DNA of 64,000 nucleotides from an uncultured delta proteobacterium (GTDB lineage: Bacteria > Myxococcota > Kuafuiibacteriia > Kuafuiibacteriales > Kuafuiibacteriaceae): contig CAWDML010000003.1 in the NCBI GenBank assembly GCA_963803435.1, forward strand, positions 864,001 to 928,000. The letters run 5' to 3'. Both the position numbers and the translations under genes were made by a program. Below the pieces are notes generated by a model. That model saw only the letters and a program-made list of their open reading frames with translations. It made no database searches and had not been told where the DNA came from. Of the stretch, positions 26,535-37,496 are shown one piece after another (position 1 is the stretch's first letter; each line of letters opens with the position of its first letter).

Positions 26535-29500
26535 ATGGAGTTCGCACCTCAGAACCTCGGCTTCATCGAAGCGCTCTACGCGCAATTCCTCGAGGACCCG
26601 ACCTCGGTCGAAGAGCCGTGGAGGAAGCTGTTCGAGCCGATCGCGGCCGCCGACGGACACTTGCCGCTCGGTCCTCGGTTTCGCGCGCGCAGCATCTTCA
26701 ATCCGGTGGGATTGGCCGTGGGTCCGCGTCCCGCCCCTGCGCCCGCCGGGGTCCCGGTCTACGGCGGCTCGGTCGAGCAGCGTATCCCGTTCCTCCGCAG
26801 TCTGGCCATCTTCCAGGGCCTCGCCGACGAGGAGCTGGTGGAGGCCGCCAAGATCGCCGCGGAGCTCACGGTGGCCGACGGCGAGGTCTTCGTCCGCGAA
26901 GGCGACATGGGCCAGGACCTGTACGTCATCACCGACGGGACCGTCCTGATCCGCCGAGGCGGCCGTGTGATCGCGGAGCTCACGCGCGGCGAGGTGGTCG
27001 GCGAGATGGCCGTGCTCGATCATCGCCCCCGCTCGGCGGACGCCCTCGCGCACGGGTCGGTGAACCTGCTGCGCATTCACGGTGAGGATCTGCTCGCGCT
27101 GCTCGAGAAGAGACCGGTGCTGGCGCGCGGCATCATCGCCGTCCTGGTCAAGCGCCTGCGCGACAGCAGCACGCGCCAGGATCGGGTCGACCAGCTGATC
27201 CGCGCCTACCGCGTTCGCGGTCACCTGATGGCGCAGCTCGATCCGCTCGGGCTGCCGAAGGACGTCTTCACGGAGCTGAACCCCGCCTACTACGGGTTCG
27301 GCCAGGCCGACCTGGACATGCTCTTCTCGGTCACGACGATCCCGGGCAAGAAGGTGATGTCGCTCCGGGACATCATCGCACATCTTCGCAAGACGTATTG
27401 CAGATCGATCGGCGTCCAGTTCTATCACATCGACGATCTCGAAACGAAGAACTGGCTCCAGAACCGCATGGAGTCGACGCAGAACACGATCAACCTCAGC
27501 CAGGAGCAGCAGATCCGGATCCTGACCAAGCTGACCGACGCCGAGATCTTCGAGCAGTTCATCCATCGCAAGTTCATCGGGGCCAAGCGCTTCTCGCTCG
27601 AAGGCGCCGAGAGCCTGATCCCGCTCCTCGACATGGCCATCGAGAAAGCCGGCGACCTTGGCGTCGACGAGGTCGTGATCGGCATGGCGCACCGCGGGCG
27701 GCTCAACGTCCTGGCCAACGTGATGGGCAAGAATCCGCGGCAGATCTTCCGCGAGTTCGACGACACCAACCCCGATCTCTATCTGGGGCGCGGCGACGTG
27801 AAGTATCACCTCGGCTACAGCGCCGATCGGATCACCACCAGCGGCCAAAAGGTGCACCTGTCCCTCTGCTTCAACCCCAGCCACCTCGAGGTCGTCGATC
27901 CGGTGGTGGTCGGGCGCGTCCGAGCCAAGCAGGACCGCTTCGGCGATCGTGAGCGCCACCGCGGCCTCGGGATCCTGATCCACGGCGACGCCGCCTTCGC
28001 CGGTGAGGGCGTGGTCCAGGAGACACTCAACATGTCGCGCCTGGCCGGCTACGAGACCGGCGGCACGCTCCACATCGTCGTCAACAATCAGCTCGGGTTC
28101 ACCACGCTCCCCGAAGAGAGCCGCTCGTCGCCCTACGCGACCGACGTCGCGAAGATGCTCCAGATCCCGATCTTCCACGTCAACGGCGAGCATCCGGAGG
28201 CGGTGGCACAGGCGATCCAGCTGGCCGCGGAGTTTCGCGAGCACTTCAAGAGCGACGTTGTCATCGATATGTACTGCTATCGTCGTTACGGCCACAACGA
28301 GGGCGACGAGCCCGCGTTCACGCAGCCGCTCCTGTATAAGACGATCCGCAAGCGGAAGTCGGTGCGGGAGGGCTACCTCGACAACCTGCTCTCCGGCGAG
28401 AGCTGCGAGATCACCCGCGAGCAGGCCGACCAGATCGCGGTCGAGCGCCGGCAGCGGCTGGAGGACGAGCTGGGCGCGGCCCGCGCGAAGACCGAACAGA
28501 CGCTCAGATCTCATGACCGGGCAGGGCATCTGGCGACCCTATCGCGGCGGTCGGGACGCCGACTGTCCCGACGTGACCACCGCCGTGCCCAGGCCGCGGC
28601 TGGTGGAGCTGATCAAGGCGATGACGAGCGTCCCCAGCGGCTTCAACCTGCACCCGAAGATCGAGAAGCTCCTGGGCGAGCGGCGAGAGATGGCGTCCGG
28701 CGATCGTCCGCTCGACTGGGCCGCCGGCGAGGCGCTCGCGTTCGCGACGCTGCTGAGCGAGGGCTCCCGCGTCCGTCTCTCGGGACAGGACGCGCAGCGG
28801 GGCACGTTCAGCCACCGGCACGCGGTCCTGCACGACTTCGAGAACGGGCGGACGCACGCGCCGCTGGCCCACCTCTCGCTCGATCAGGGGCCGTTCGAGG
28901 TCTACAACAGCCCGCTCAGCGAGACCGGAGTGCTCGGCTTCGACTACGGCTACAGCCTCGACTTTCCCGACGCGCTCGTGATTTGGGAGGCGCAGTTCGG
29001 CGACTTCACGAACGTCGGCCAGGTCATCATCGATCAGTTCATCACGTCGGGTGAGGACAAGTGGCGGCGGCTCTCCGGCCTGGTCCTGCTGCTCCCGCAC
29101 GGCTTCGAGGGGCAAGGGCCCGAGCACTCGAGCGCGCGGCTCGAGCGGTTCCTGGTCGCGTGCGCCGAGGACAACATCCAGGTGGTCAACCTGACCACGC
29201 CGGCTCAGCTGTTCCACGCGCTCCGCCGTCAGGTGGTGCGCCCGCTCCGGAAGCCGCTGATCGTGATGTCGCCGAAGAGCCTGCTCCGCCACCCGCGCTG
29301 CGTCTCGAGCCTGGAGGACCTCTCGGCAGGCCACTTTCAGCGCGCGATCCCCGACGACGAGCCGCGCGTCGATCCGGCGAAGGTCGGGCGCGTGGTGCTC
29401 ACCAGCGGCAAGATCTATTACGAGCTGCTGGCGGCGCGCGAGGCGCGGAACGCCTTCGACGTGGGGTTGGTCCGGCTCGAGCAGTACTATCCGCTCGATC

Positions 29501-29742
29501 TCGCCGGGATCGAGATGATCCTGGCGTCGTATCCGAAGGCCGCTCCAGTGGTATGGGTACAGGAGGAGCCCCGGAACTTCGGGGCCTGGGCGTTCCTTCG
29601 CATGCGCCTCGGTGAGAAGATCGGCCATCATCCGCTGTCGGTGGTGGCCCGTCCGGAGTCGGCGAGCCCGGCGACCGGATCGGCGGCAGCGCATAAGAAG
29701 GAGCAAGCGGCGTTGCTCGACCAGGCATTCGCTGCGAGGTGA
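26535..29742 (+). CDS. sucA: 2-oxoglutarate dehydrogenase E1 with an inserted cNMP-binding domain; one frameshift near 28506
   Basis: [40 protein letters not shown] in ORF 26427..; [36 protein letters not shown] in ORF ..29742; followed by sucB. Confidence 0.95.
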
Positions 29743-29751
29743 GGGACGGGG

Positions 29752-30969
29752 ATGGCAATCGAGCTGAAGATTCCGTCGGCGGGCGAGTCGATCACCGAGG
29801 TGACGATCGTCGAGTGGCTGAAGGAAGAGGGCGCGTTCGCGAAGTCGGACGAGATCCTCGCCTTGATCGAGACCGACAAGGCCAACGTGGAGCTGGTGGC
29901 GCCCGCGAACGGACGCATCACGCGGATCCTCAAGGCGGCGGGTGAGTCGGCCGCGGTCGGAGAGGTCATCGGCTACATGGAGTCCGGCGACGGCGCCAAG
30001 GAAGAGAAGACGATCGACATGCGGCCGCGCGCGAAGCCCGCCCCGCCGAAGGTCGAGCCGAAGAAGGTCGAGGCGGAGAAGCCGACCGCGCCCGTCGCGG
30101 CGCCCAACGCGCACGGGGTGCCCGACGGTGTGCTGGCGTCCCCCTCGGTCCGACGCGCGATGCGCGAGCAGGAGATCGATCCGACGGCGATCCAGGGGAC
30201 CGGTCCGGCGGGTCGGATCCGGATGGAGGACCTGAGGCGCCCGGCGACCCCGGTGAGCGCCGAGGCCGGCCGCGAGATCGACGTGGTCCCGATGACCAAC
30301 ATGCGCAAGCGGATCGCCGAGCGCCTGGTCGAGGCCCAGGCGACCGCGGCGCTGCTGACCACGTTCAACGAGATCGACATGTCCGCCGTGATGGCCCTGC
30401 GGAAGACGCACCAGGACGCCTTCGTCCAGAAGCACGGGATCAAGCTCGGCTTCATGAGCTTCTTCGTGAAGGCGGCCATCGAGGCGCTCAAGGCGCTCCC
30501 GGCGCTCAACGCGGAGATTCGCGCCGACGAGATCGTCTATCACAACTACTTCGACATCGGCGTCGCGGTCGGGGGCGGGCGCGGGCTGGTGGTGCCGGTG
30601 ATCAAGAGCGCCGAGCGCCTCTCGTTTGCGGAGATCGAGAAGACGATCGCCGACTTCGGGAAGCGCGCAAAGGAGAACAAGCTCAAGATCGAGGAGCTCA
30701 CCGGGGGCACCTTCACCATCAGCAACGGAGGTGTGTACGGCTCGCTGATGTCCACACCGATCATCAACCCGCCGCAGAGCGGCATTCTCGGCATGCACGC
30801 GATCCAGGAGCGCCCGGTGGTGAAGGCGGGGCAGATCGTGGTGGCGCCGATGATGTACGTGGCGCTGACCTACGATCACCGGATCGTTGACGGGCGCGAG
30901 GCCGTGACCTTTCTGATCCGCATCAAGGAGTGCATCGAGCAGCCGGCTCGCATACTCCTCGAGGTCTGA
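29752..30969 (+). CDS. sucB: Dihydrolipoyllysine-residue succinyltransferase (E2)
   Basis: Lipoyl 'IETDKA', E3-binding 'ASPSVRR...GTGPAGRI', catalytic 'YDHRIVDG'. Confidence 0.96.
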   Translation: MAIELKIPSAGESITEVTIVEWLKEEGAFAKSDEILALIETDKANVELVAPANGRITRILKAAGESAAVGEVIGYMESGDGAKEEKTIDMRPRAKPAPPKVEPKKVEAEKPTAPVAAPNAHGVPDGVLASPSVRRAMREQEIDPTAIQGTGPAGRIRMEDLRRPATPVSAEAGREIDVVPMTNMRKRIAERLVEAQATAALLTTFNEIDMSAVMALRKTHQDAFVQKHGIKLGFMSFFVKAAIEALKALPALNAEIRADEIVYHNYFDIGVAVGGGRGLVVPVIKSAERLSFAEIEKTIADFGKRAKENKLKIEELTGGTFTISNGGVYGSLMSTPIINPPQSGILGMHAIQERPVVKAGQIVVAPMMYVALTYDHRIVDGREAVTFLIRIKECIEQPARILLEV

Positions 30970-32618
30970 TGGCCCGCTGCGCCACGCATTCGAACGCCCG
31001 CGCGGCCTGGATCTGCGGGAGCTGCGATCGGACGCTATGTCTCGACTGCGCAGCCGCAAAGCCGATCCAGAGCGGGAGCGTGGTGATCTGCCTCCGGTGC
31101 GGCGGGTTCGGGCGTCCGATCACGCGCCCGGTGCGCGTCGCCCCCTTCTGGGAGATGTTCCCGGCCTTCCTCAAGGCCATCTTCTCGCCCGCCGGCCTGA
31201 TCCAGCTCCTCGCGGTGGCGCTGGTCCTCTACCTGGCGAGCTGGCTCCCCGGGATCGGACGCGTCCTCGGGCTGTTCGTCTACATCAGCTACTTCTTCCG
31301 CGTGATCGCCAGCGCCGCGCAGGGCGGTGAGAAGCTCCCCGATCCGGACGACTTCCTCGGGATCGGCAGCGTGGTGGCGCCGGTGCTCCGGTTCTTCGTG
31401 GCCACCACCACGATCTGGCTCCCGGCGCTGCTCTACGTCCTCACGTTCATCGGGCTCCGGTCGCTGCTGGAGGATCCCGGCGCGCTCTCCAGCCCAGTCC
31501 TCGTGGTCCTCCTCCTCTGCGGGCTCTGCTACTTCCCGGCGGCCATCATCGCGGCGGCGATCGCCGAGAGCGTGCTCGCGGTGATCAACCCGATGATCAC
31601 CATCCGCATGATCTTGCGGATCCCGGGTCAGTATGCCCTCGCGACCTTCGTGTGCGGCGCGCTGACCGTGATCGACTTCCTCGGCGTCAACGCGATCGCG
31701 GCCGCGCTCCCGTCGATCCCGATCGCCATGCCGATCCTCATCCAGATGCTGGGCCTGGTGATCCCGGTGTTCAACGGGATGATCCTGGGGCGGCTGATCT
31801 ATCAGAACCACGAGCACTTCGGGATCCTGCCGGCGGGCGCCTCCGAGGAGCCGGAGTGGCCCGAGGCCAAGCCGCGGGGGAAGCTCGATCCATCGACGAA
31901 GGTCGGCGCCTCCGAGGTTCGACCGCTCGAGATCGCGTTCGACAGCACGCCTGAGGTGCCCGCGCCGGGCGCCGTGCCCGCCGCGGAGCCGGCCTCCGTG
32001 GTCGAGCTGGATCCCGAGGCGTTCAGCTCCGTCGATCTGCCGTCGACCGATCTCGATCCGCCCGCGGAGACCTTTTCGGCGGCTTCGGGCTTCGAGCTGG
32101 ATGCGGACGGCAACCTGGTTCCGACCGGCGACCTTCCGCGTGTCCCGGCCGCCGAGCTGGGAGCCGTTCCGCTTCCCGCCGAGGCGGTCCAGCTGGAGGT
32201 GGTTTCCGCGCCGCTGGCGCACATCGGCAAGCCCGCGCCGGTCATCGGGGGCGAGGACGAGGCGCCGCTCCGCGTCGCGCTCGATCGAGGAGACGAGGCG
32301 ACGGCCTACGAGCTCTTCCAGGCCGCCGCCTCCTCGGGCCACTACCCGGCGCTCGACGCGCGCCACAACCTGCGACTGGCCGGCGTGCTCGAGCGGGCGC
32401 AGGACTTCGAAGAGGCGGTGCGCGCCTGCCAGCGCGCGGCCAAGGCGGACCTGAAGGGTCCGTTCGCTCCCAAGGCGCTCTTCACGGCTGCGCGGATCAT
32501 GAGCGAGCGAACCGGACAGGTCGACGGCGCGAGGGCGATGTACCAGTTCCTGCTCAAGCACTTCCCACAAGATGCGCTGGCCGATCGGGCGACGGACGCG
32601 CTCAAGAAGCTCACGTGA
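30969..32618 (+). CDS. Membrane protein with N-terminal B-box-like zinc finger and C-terminal TPR
   Basis: 'CATH...CGSC...CLDC...CLRC'; several TM helices; TPR ending 'LLKHFPQD'; TGATG coupling to sucB. Confidence 0.7.
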   Translation: MARCATHSNARAAWICGSCDRTLCLDCAAAKPIQSGSVVICLRCGGFGRPITRPVRVAPFWEMFPAFLKAIFSPAGLIQLLAVALVLYLASWLPGIGRVLGLFVYISYFFRVIASAAQGGEKLPDPDDFLGIGSVVAPVLRFFVATTTIWLPALLYVLTFIGLRSLLEDPGALSSPVLVVLLLCGLCYFPAAIIAAAIAESVLAVINPMITIRMILRIPGQYALATFVCGALTVIDFLGVNAIAAALPSIPIAMPILIQMLGLVIPVFNGMILGRLIYQNHEHFGILPAGASEEPEWPEAKPRGKLDPSTKVGASEVRPLEIAFDSTPEVPAPGAVPAAEPASVVELDPEAFSSVDLPSTDLDPPAETFSAASGFELDADGNLVPTGDLPRVPAAELGAVPLPAEAVQLEVVSAPLAHIGKPAPVIGGEDEAPLRVALDRGDEATAYELFQAAASSGHYPALDARHNLRLAGVLERAQDFEEAVRACQRAAKADLKGPFAPKALFTAARIMSERTGQVDGARAMYQFLLKHFPQDALADRATDALKKLT

Positions 32619-33258
32619 TCCGACCGGGGCGCGGCCGGGCCAACATGCGCTCCAGCTGCGCGCGATCGAGCGTGACCTCCCCGGCGAGATAGGCCGAGAG
32701 CAGGTCGAGCCGATCGTGTCCGAAGAAGAGCAGATCGCCGGCGATGAAGGTGGGCACGCCCCAGGCCCCGCGCGCGAGCGCGTCCTTTGTGTTGTCCTTG
32801 AGCGCCGCTCGCCAGCGCCGATCCGTCGCGACCGTCTCGGGATCTTGATCGATCCCGACCTCGGCCAGGCAGCGGGCGAGCACGGCAGGATCCTCGAGGT
32901 TCTCGCCCTCCGCCCAGGCCGCGCGAAAATAGACCTGCATCAGGCGGCGCCGATCCTCCTCCTGCTCCACGGCGCAGACCGAGCGGAGCGCATAGATCGA
33001 GTTGAACGGGTGGGTCGGGGGCCCCTCGAGCGGGATCCCGTGGTGGGCGGCCATCAGGAGCGCGTCCGCAAGACCCAGGCGCCGGCGGCTCGGGATCTCG
33101 CCGGGACCGATCGCCCCCAGCCTCGAGAGCATCGACCCGAAGACCACCGGGCGGTGGGCGAAGTCGATCGCCTCGAGCTCGGGCCTCCTCGCGATCAGCT
33201 GGCTGGCCAGATAGCTGTAGGGCGAGATGAAGTCGAAGTAGAAGAGGACCGGCCCCAC
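32611..33258 (-). CDS. DsbA-family 2-hydroxychromene-2-carboxylate isomerase / kappa-GST
   Basis: 'FYFDFISPYSYLA', 'GAWGVPTF...FFGHDRL'. Confidence 0.9.
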   Translation of the reverse strand: MGPVLFYFDFISPYSYLASQLIARRPELEAIDFAHRPVVFGSMLSRLGAIGPGEIPSRRRLGLADALLMAAHHGIPLEGPPTHPFNSIYALRSVCAVEQEEDRRRLMQVYFRAAWAEGENLEDPAVLARCLAEVGIDQDPETVATDRRWRAALKDNTKDALARGAWGVPTFIAGDLLFFGHDRLDLLSAYLAGEVTLDRAQLERMLARPRPGRIT

Positions 33259-33303
33259 CCTCGGCCTTCCATCATCCGGTGCTCTCGAAGTAAAGCCGTC
33301 TCG

Positions 33304-34083
33304 GTGATCGACATCGGCGTCAACCTGACGAACCGCGCCTTCCGGGGCGACCTCGACCAGGTGATCGAGCGGGCCTGGGCTGCGGGGGTCGAGGCGATGG
33401 TGGTGACCGGGACGAGCGTCGCGGCCAGCCGGGCGGCCCTCGAGCTGGCCGAGTCGCGGCCGGGCTGCCTCTACGCGACGGCCGGAGTCCACCCGCACGA
33501 CGCCAAGTCCTGCGACGATTCGACGCTGTCGATCCTGCGCGAGCTGGCCGCACGCGACGGCGTGGTCGCGATCGGCGAGTGCGGGCTCGACTACAACCGA
33601 GACTACTCTCCGCGGCAGGTTCAGGACCGCTGGTTCGAGGCGCAGGTCGAGCTGGCGGCCGAGCTCGGTATGCCGCTCTTCCTCCACGAGCGCGATGCGC
33701 ACGGCCGCTTCATCGAGATCATCGGACGCCATCGGGATCGGCTGGTGGCCGTCTGTGTGCACTGCTTCACCGGCACGGAGCCCGAGCTGCGCGCCTATCT
33801 CGACCTCGATCTCCACATCGGGATCACGGGATGGATCGCCGACGAGCGCCGCGGCCGTCACCTCTACGATCTCGTCCGCCTCATCCCCGAAGGCCGACTG
33901 ATGATCGAGACGGATGCGCCCTATCTTTTACCCCGCACTCTCGATAAGAAGCCCAAGACAGGTCGCAACGAGCCGTCGTATCTTCCGTGGGTGGTGAAAT
34001 CGCTGGCGGATGCGACGGGACGGACCGAGGCCGAGGTTCGCGCGTTCACCACGCGAACCGCGCGCACGTTCTTTCGGATCTGA
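33304..34083 (+). CDS. tatD: TatD-family nuclease
   Basis: 'IDIGVNLT', GVHPH, IGECGLDY, FLHER, HCFTG, IETDAPY, RNEP. Confidence 0.95.
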   Translation: MIDIGVNLTNRAFRGDLDQVIERAWAAGVEAMVVTGTSVAASRAALELAESRPGCLYATAGVHPHDAKSCDDSTLSILRELAARDGVVAIGECGLDYNRDYSPRQVQDRWFEAQVELAAELGMPLFLHERDAHGRFIEIIGRHRDRLVAVCVHCFTGTEPELRAYLDLDLHIGITGWIADERRGRHLYDLVRLIPEGRLMIETDAPYLLPRTLDKKPKTGRNEPSYLPWVVKSLADATGRTEAEVRAFTTRTARTFFRI

Positions 34084-34124
34084 GGCGGAATCCCCGGCGG
34101 GCCGCCGATGTTGTGGAGTTTGGC

Positions 34125-34376
34125 ATGGCACTCATCTTCCTTCTCCTGCGGGCCCTCAGTCTCATCGTCATCGTCGACGCCGTGGCGAGCTGGGTGATGC
34201 CGGGGCGCGATCGCTTCCCTCGCAACTTCACGGGGCGCATCACGGAGCCGCTCTATCGGCCCATCCGCAAGGTGATCGACCCTGAGAAGATGGGCGGCAT
34301 CGACATCTCGCCGATCATCGTCCTGGTCGCGCTCCAGGGGATCGCGACGCTCCTCAGCCGCCTCGTGCACGGCTGA
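34125..34376 (+). CDS. yggT: YggT-family membrane protein
   Basis: 'ASWV...ITEPLYRPIRKVI...GGIDISPII'. Confidence 0.9.
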   Translation: MALIFLLLRALSLIVIVDAVASWVMPGRDRFPRNFTGRITEPLYRPIRKVIDPEKMGGIDISPIIVLVALQGIATLLSRLVHG

Positions 34377-34415
34377 CTCCCGGGCTCGGCCCGTCCATGG
34401 TAGGAACACCGATCC

Positions 34416-36452
34416 ATGGACCCGTCGGCGCAAAATCCCCTCCTCGAGATCGACTTCGAGATCCCGTTCGACCGGATACGGGCCGAGCACGTGCGGCCCG
34501 GGATCCACGCGCTCCTCGAGGATGCACGGCGCGGGGTGGCAGCCATCGGCGCCTCCCGCGCGCCGAGCACCTACGACAACGTCCTGGGCGCGCTCGAGCG
34601 GGCGACCGAGCCTCTCGAGGTGGCAATGACCGTCGTCGGCCACCTCGAATCGGTGACCACGAACCCCGCGCTCCGCGACGCCTACAACGAGGTGCAGCCG
34701 GAGGTGAGCGGGTTCTACGCCTCGATCCCGCTCGACGCGGCGCTGTGGGCCCGACTCAAGGTGCTCGCTGCCAGTGAGGAGGCGACGCGGCTCACCGGCG
34801 CCCACAAGCGACACCTCGTGAAGACGGTCGAGGACTTCAAGCGCCACGGCGCGGATCTCGACGACGCCGGGAAGCGGCGCCTCGAGGAGATCACGCGCGA
34901 GCTGGCGACCCTGACCTCGCACTACGGCCAGAACGTGCTCGACGAGACGGCCGCCTGGGAGCTGGTGATCGAGGACGAGTCGAAGCTCGCCGGGCTCCCC
35001 GAGTCCGCGCGCGACGCGGCCCGCCAGAGCGCCGAGCAGAAGGGTAAGGCGGGCTGGCGCTTCACGCTGCAGGCGCCCAGCCTGATCCCGCTGCTCACCT
35101 ATCTCGACGACGCCGGGATCCGCGAGCAGGTATATCGCGCCTACAACGCTCGTGCGACCCACGGAGAGAAGGCGAACCCGCCGCTGATCGCGCGCATCAT
35201 CGAGCTGCGGCAGGAGGAGGCGACGCTCCTCGGCTACGCGGACTTCGCGGCGCTGGTCCTCGAGGATCGGATGGCGAAGACGGCCGCGGAGGCCCGCCGC
35301 TTCGTCGGCGAGCTGACGGACAAGACGCGCGCCGCCTTCGAGAAGGAGCACCGGGCGCTCGTGGAGTTCGCCGGTGTGGAGCGGATCGAGCCCTGGGGCC
35401 TGCTCTACTACGCCGAGAAGCTGCGGCTTTCGCTCTACGAGTTCGACGAGGAGGAGCTCCGGCCCTACTTCCCGGCCGAGCAGGCCCTCGAGGGCGTCTT
35501 CCAGACGGCCTCCCGCCTGTACGGGGTGAAGATCGCGCCTGCGCCGGCGATGCCGGTCTGGCACCCGGACGTTCGGCCGTACCGAATCGAGAGCGCCTCG
35601 GGTGAGGCCCTCGGCGCGTTCTACGCCGACCTTCACCCGCGCGAAGAGAAGCGCGGCGGGGCGTGGATGAACGGCCTCATCTCCGGCGTAGTGGAGGGCG
35701 GGAGGCTCTCGCCGCATCTCGGCCTGATCTGCGCGAACGTCACGCCTCCGATCGGCGATCGCCCCGCGCTGCTGACGCACGACGAGGTCACGACGCTCTT
35801 CCACGAGTTCGGGCACCTGCTCCACCACCTGCTGAGCCGGGTGGAGGTGCGCAGCCTCGCCGGTACCAACGTCGCCTGGGACTTCGTCGAGCTGCCCTCG
35901 CAGATCATGGAGAACTGGTGCTGGGAGCGCGAGGCGCTCGATCTCTTCGCGCGACACTACGAGACGGGCGAGCGCATCCCCGAGCGGCTATTCGAGAAGA
36001 TGAACCGCGCGCGGACCTTCCGGGCGGCCTACGCGATGATGCGGCAGCTCGGCTTCGCAGCCGTCGATCTGGCGCTCCACACGGAATACGACCAGGAGAG
36101 GGACGGGGACGTGGTGGCCTACTCGCGGCGGATCATGCAGGCGTACGCGCCGGTGAAGCTGCGGGAGGACTATGCGTTCATCTGTGGCTTCGGACATCTA
36201 TTCGCCAGCGCGGTCGGCTATGCGGCCGGCTACTACTCGTACAAATGGGCCGAGGTCTTGGACGCCGACGCCTTCACCCGCTTCAAGAAGGGCGGGATCT
36301 TCAGCCGCGAGGTCGGCGAAGCGTTCAAGAAGAGCATCCTCGAGCGCGGCGACGGGGAGGATCCGATGGTCCTGTATCAGAGCTTCATGGGGCGGCCCCC
36401 GTCGCTGGAGCCGCTGCTCGAGCGATCGGGGCTGGTGGAGGCGAGCCGATGA
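34416..36452 (+). CDS. prlC: Oligopeptidase A (M3A)
   Basis: KRGGAWM, TLFHEFGH, WDFVELPSQIMENW, YAAGYYSYKWAEVL. Confidence 0.95.
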   Translation: MDPSAQNPLLEIDFEIPFDRIRAEHVRPGIHALLEDARRGVAAIGASRAPSTYDNVLGALERATEPLEVAMTVVGHLESVTTNPALRDAYNEVQPEVSGFYASIPLDAALWARLKVLAASEEATRLTGAHKRHLVKTVEDFKRHGADLDDAGKRRLEEITRELATLTSHYGQNVLDETAAWELVIEDESKLAGLPESARDAARQSAEQKGKAGWRFTLQAPSLIPLLTYLDDAGIREQVYRAYNARATHGEKANPPLIARIIELRQEEATLLGYADFAALVLEDRMAKTAAEARRFVGELTDKTRAAFEKEHRALVEFAGVERIEPWGLLYYAEKLRLSLYEFDEEELRPYFPAEQALEGVFQTASRLYGVKIAPAPAMPVWHPDVRPYRIESASGEALGAFYADLHPREEKRGGAWMNGLISGVVEGGRLSPHLGLICANVTPPIGDRPALLTHDEVTTLFHEFGHLLHHLLSRVEVRSLAGTNVAWDFVELPSQIMENWCWEREALDLFARHYETGERIPERLFEKMNRARTFRAAYAMMRQLGFAAVDLALHTEYDQERDGDVVAYSRRIMQAYAPVKLREDYAFICGFGHLFASAVGYAAGYYSYKWAEVLDADAFTRFKKGGIFSREVGEAFKKSILERGDGEDPMVLYQSFMGRPPSLEPLLERSGLVEASR

Positions 36453-37441
36453 AGTATCGATTTCTGGGAAAGACCGGGGTCAAGGTCTCGGAGCTGTGCT
36501 TTGGGACCATGCAGCTCATGGACGACGCGGATCGGGAGACCTCGATCGCGATGTTCCATGCCTGTCGCGAGGCGGGGATCAACATTTTCGACTCGGCCGA
36601 CGTCTACGCCGGCGGTCGCTCGGAGACGCTGCTCGGTGAGCTGATCCAGGATTGCCGGGATCAGGTGGTCGTCACCACCAAGGCGTACTTCCCCAGGAGC
36701 AAGGACGTGAACGATCGCGGTACGTCGCGCTATCATCTGGTGCGCGCGGTCGAGCAGAGCTTGCGGCGGCTCCAGACGGATCGGATCGATCTGTTCTTCC
36801 TCCATCGCTGGGACGAGGCGACCGCGCTCGACGACACGCTTCGCGCGCTCGACGATCTGGTTCACCAGGGCAAGGTCCTCTACCTGGGCGCGAGCAACTT
36901 CTCGGCCTGGCAGGCGATGAAGGCCCTGGGCATCGCGTCGCGGGATCGGCTGGCGCCGCTCGCCTGCGTGCAGCCGATGTACAACCTGGCCAAGCGGCAG
37001 GCGGAGGTGGAGATCCTGCCGATGGCCCACGCCGAGCAGCTGGGTGTCATCACCTACAGCCCGCTGGGCGGAGGGCTGCTCTCGGGCAAATACGGTGCGG
37101 AGAAGCGCCCCGCGTCCGGACGCCTCACGGCCAACAAGATGTACATGACGCGCTACGGCGGGGACACCTATTACCGGATCGCCGACGACTTCAACGCGCT
37201 GGCGGCCCTGCACGGACACCACCCGGCGGCGCTGGCGGTGGCCTGGTGCGCGGCCCATCCTGCGGTGACCGCACCGATCATCGGTGCGCGCAACATGGAG
37301 CAATTGAAAGTTGTCTTGCGCGCAGCCGAGATCGACATGAGCGAGGCGCTGTACCGCGCGATCAGCGCGCTCTCGCCGTCGCCGCCGCCCGCCACGGATC
37401 GCAATGAGGAGAGCTCGGCGTTCAACTACGGCGCTCGCTGA
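36449..37441 (+). CDS. Aldo/keto reductase
   Basis: 'LGKTGVKVSELCFGTM', DSADVY, SLRRLQTDRIDL, YSPLGGGLLSGKY. Confidence 0.95.
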   Translation: MKYRFLGKTGVKVSELCFGTMQLMDDADRETSIAMFHACREAGINIFDSADVYAGGRSETLLGELIQDCRDQVVVTTKAYFPRSKDVNDRGTSRYHLVRAVEQSLRRLQTDRIDLFFLHRWDEATALDDTLRALDDLVHQGKVLYLGASNFSAWQAMKALGIASRDRLAPLACVQPMYNLAKRQAEVEILPMAHAEQLGVITYSPLGGGLLSGKYGAEKRPASGRLTANKMYMTRYGGDTYYRIADDFNALAALHGHHPAALAVAWCAAHPAVTAPIIGARNMEQLKVVLRAAEIDMSEALYRAISALSPSPPPATDRNEESSAFNYGAR

Positions 37442-37496
37442 GCCTCGGGTGCCTTGCGCAAAAACCTGAGTTTGGTAGTGTGCGCGTCACCTTCGG

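Noticed and set aside
28495-28515. Programmed frameshift in sucA
   Set aside because: No slippery heptamer or stop-associated shift site; similar indels occur in several unrelated genes
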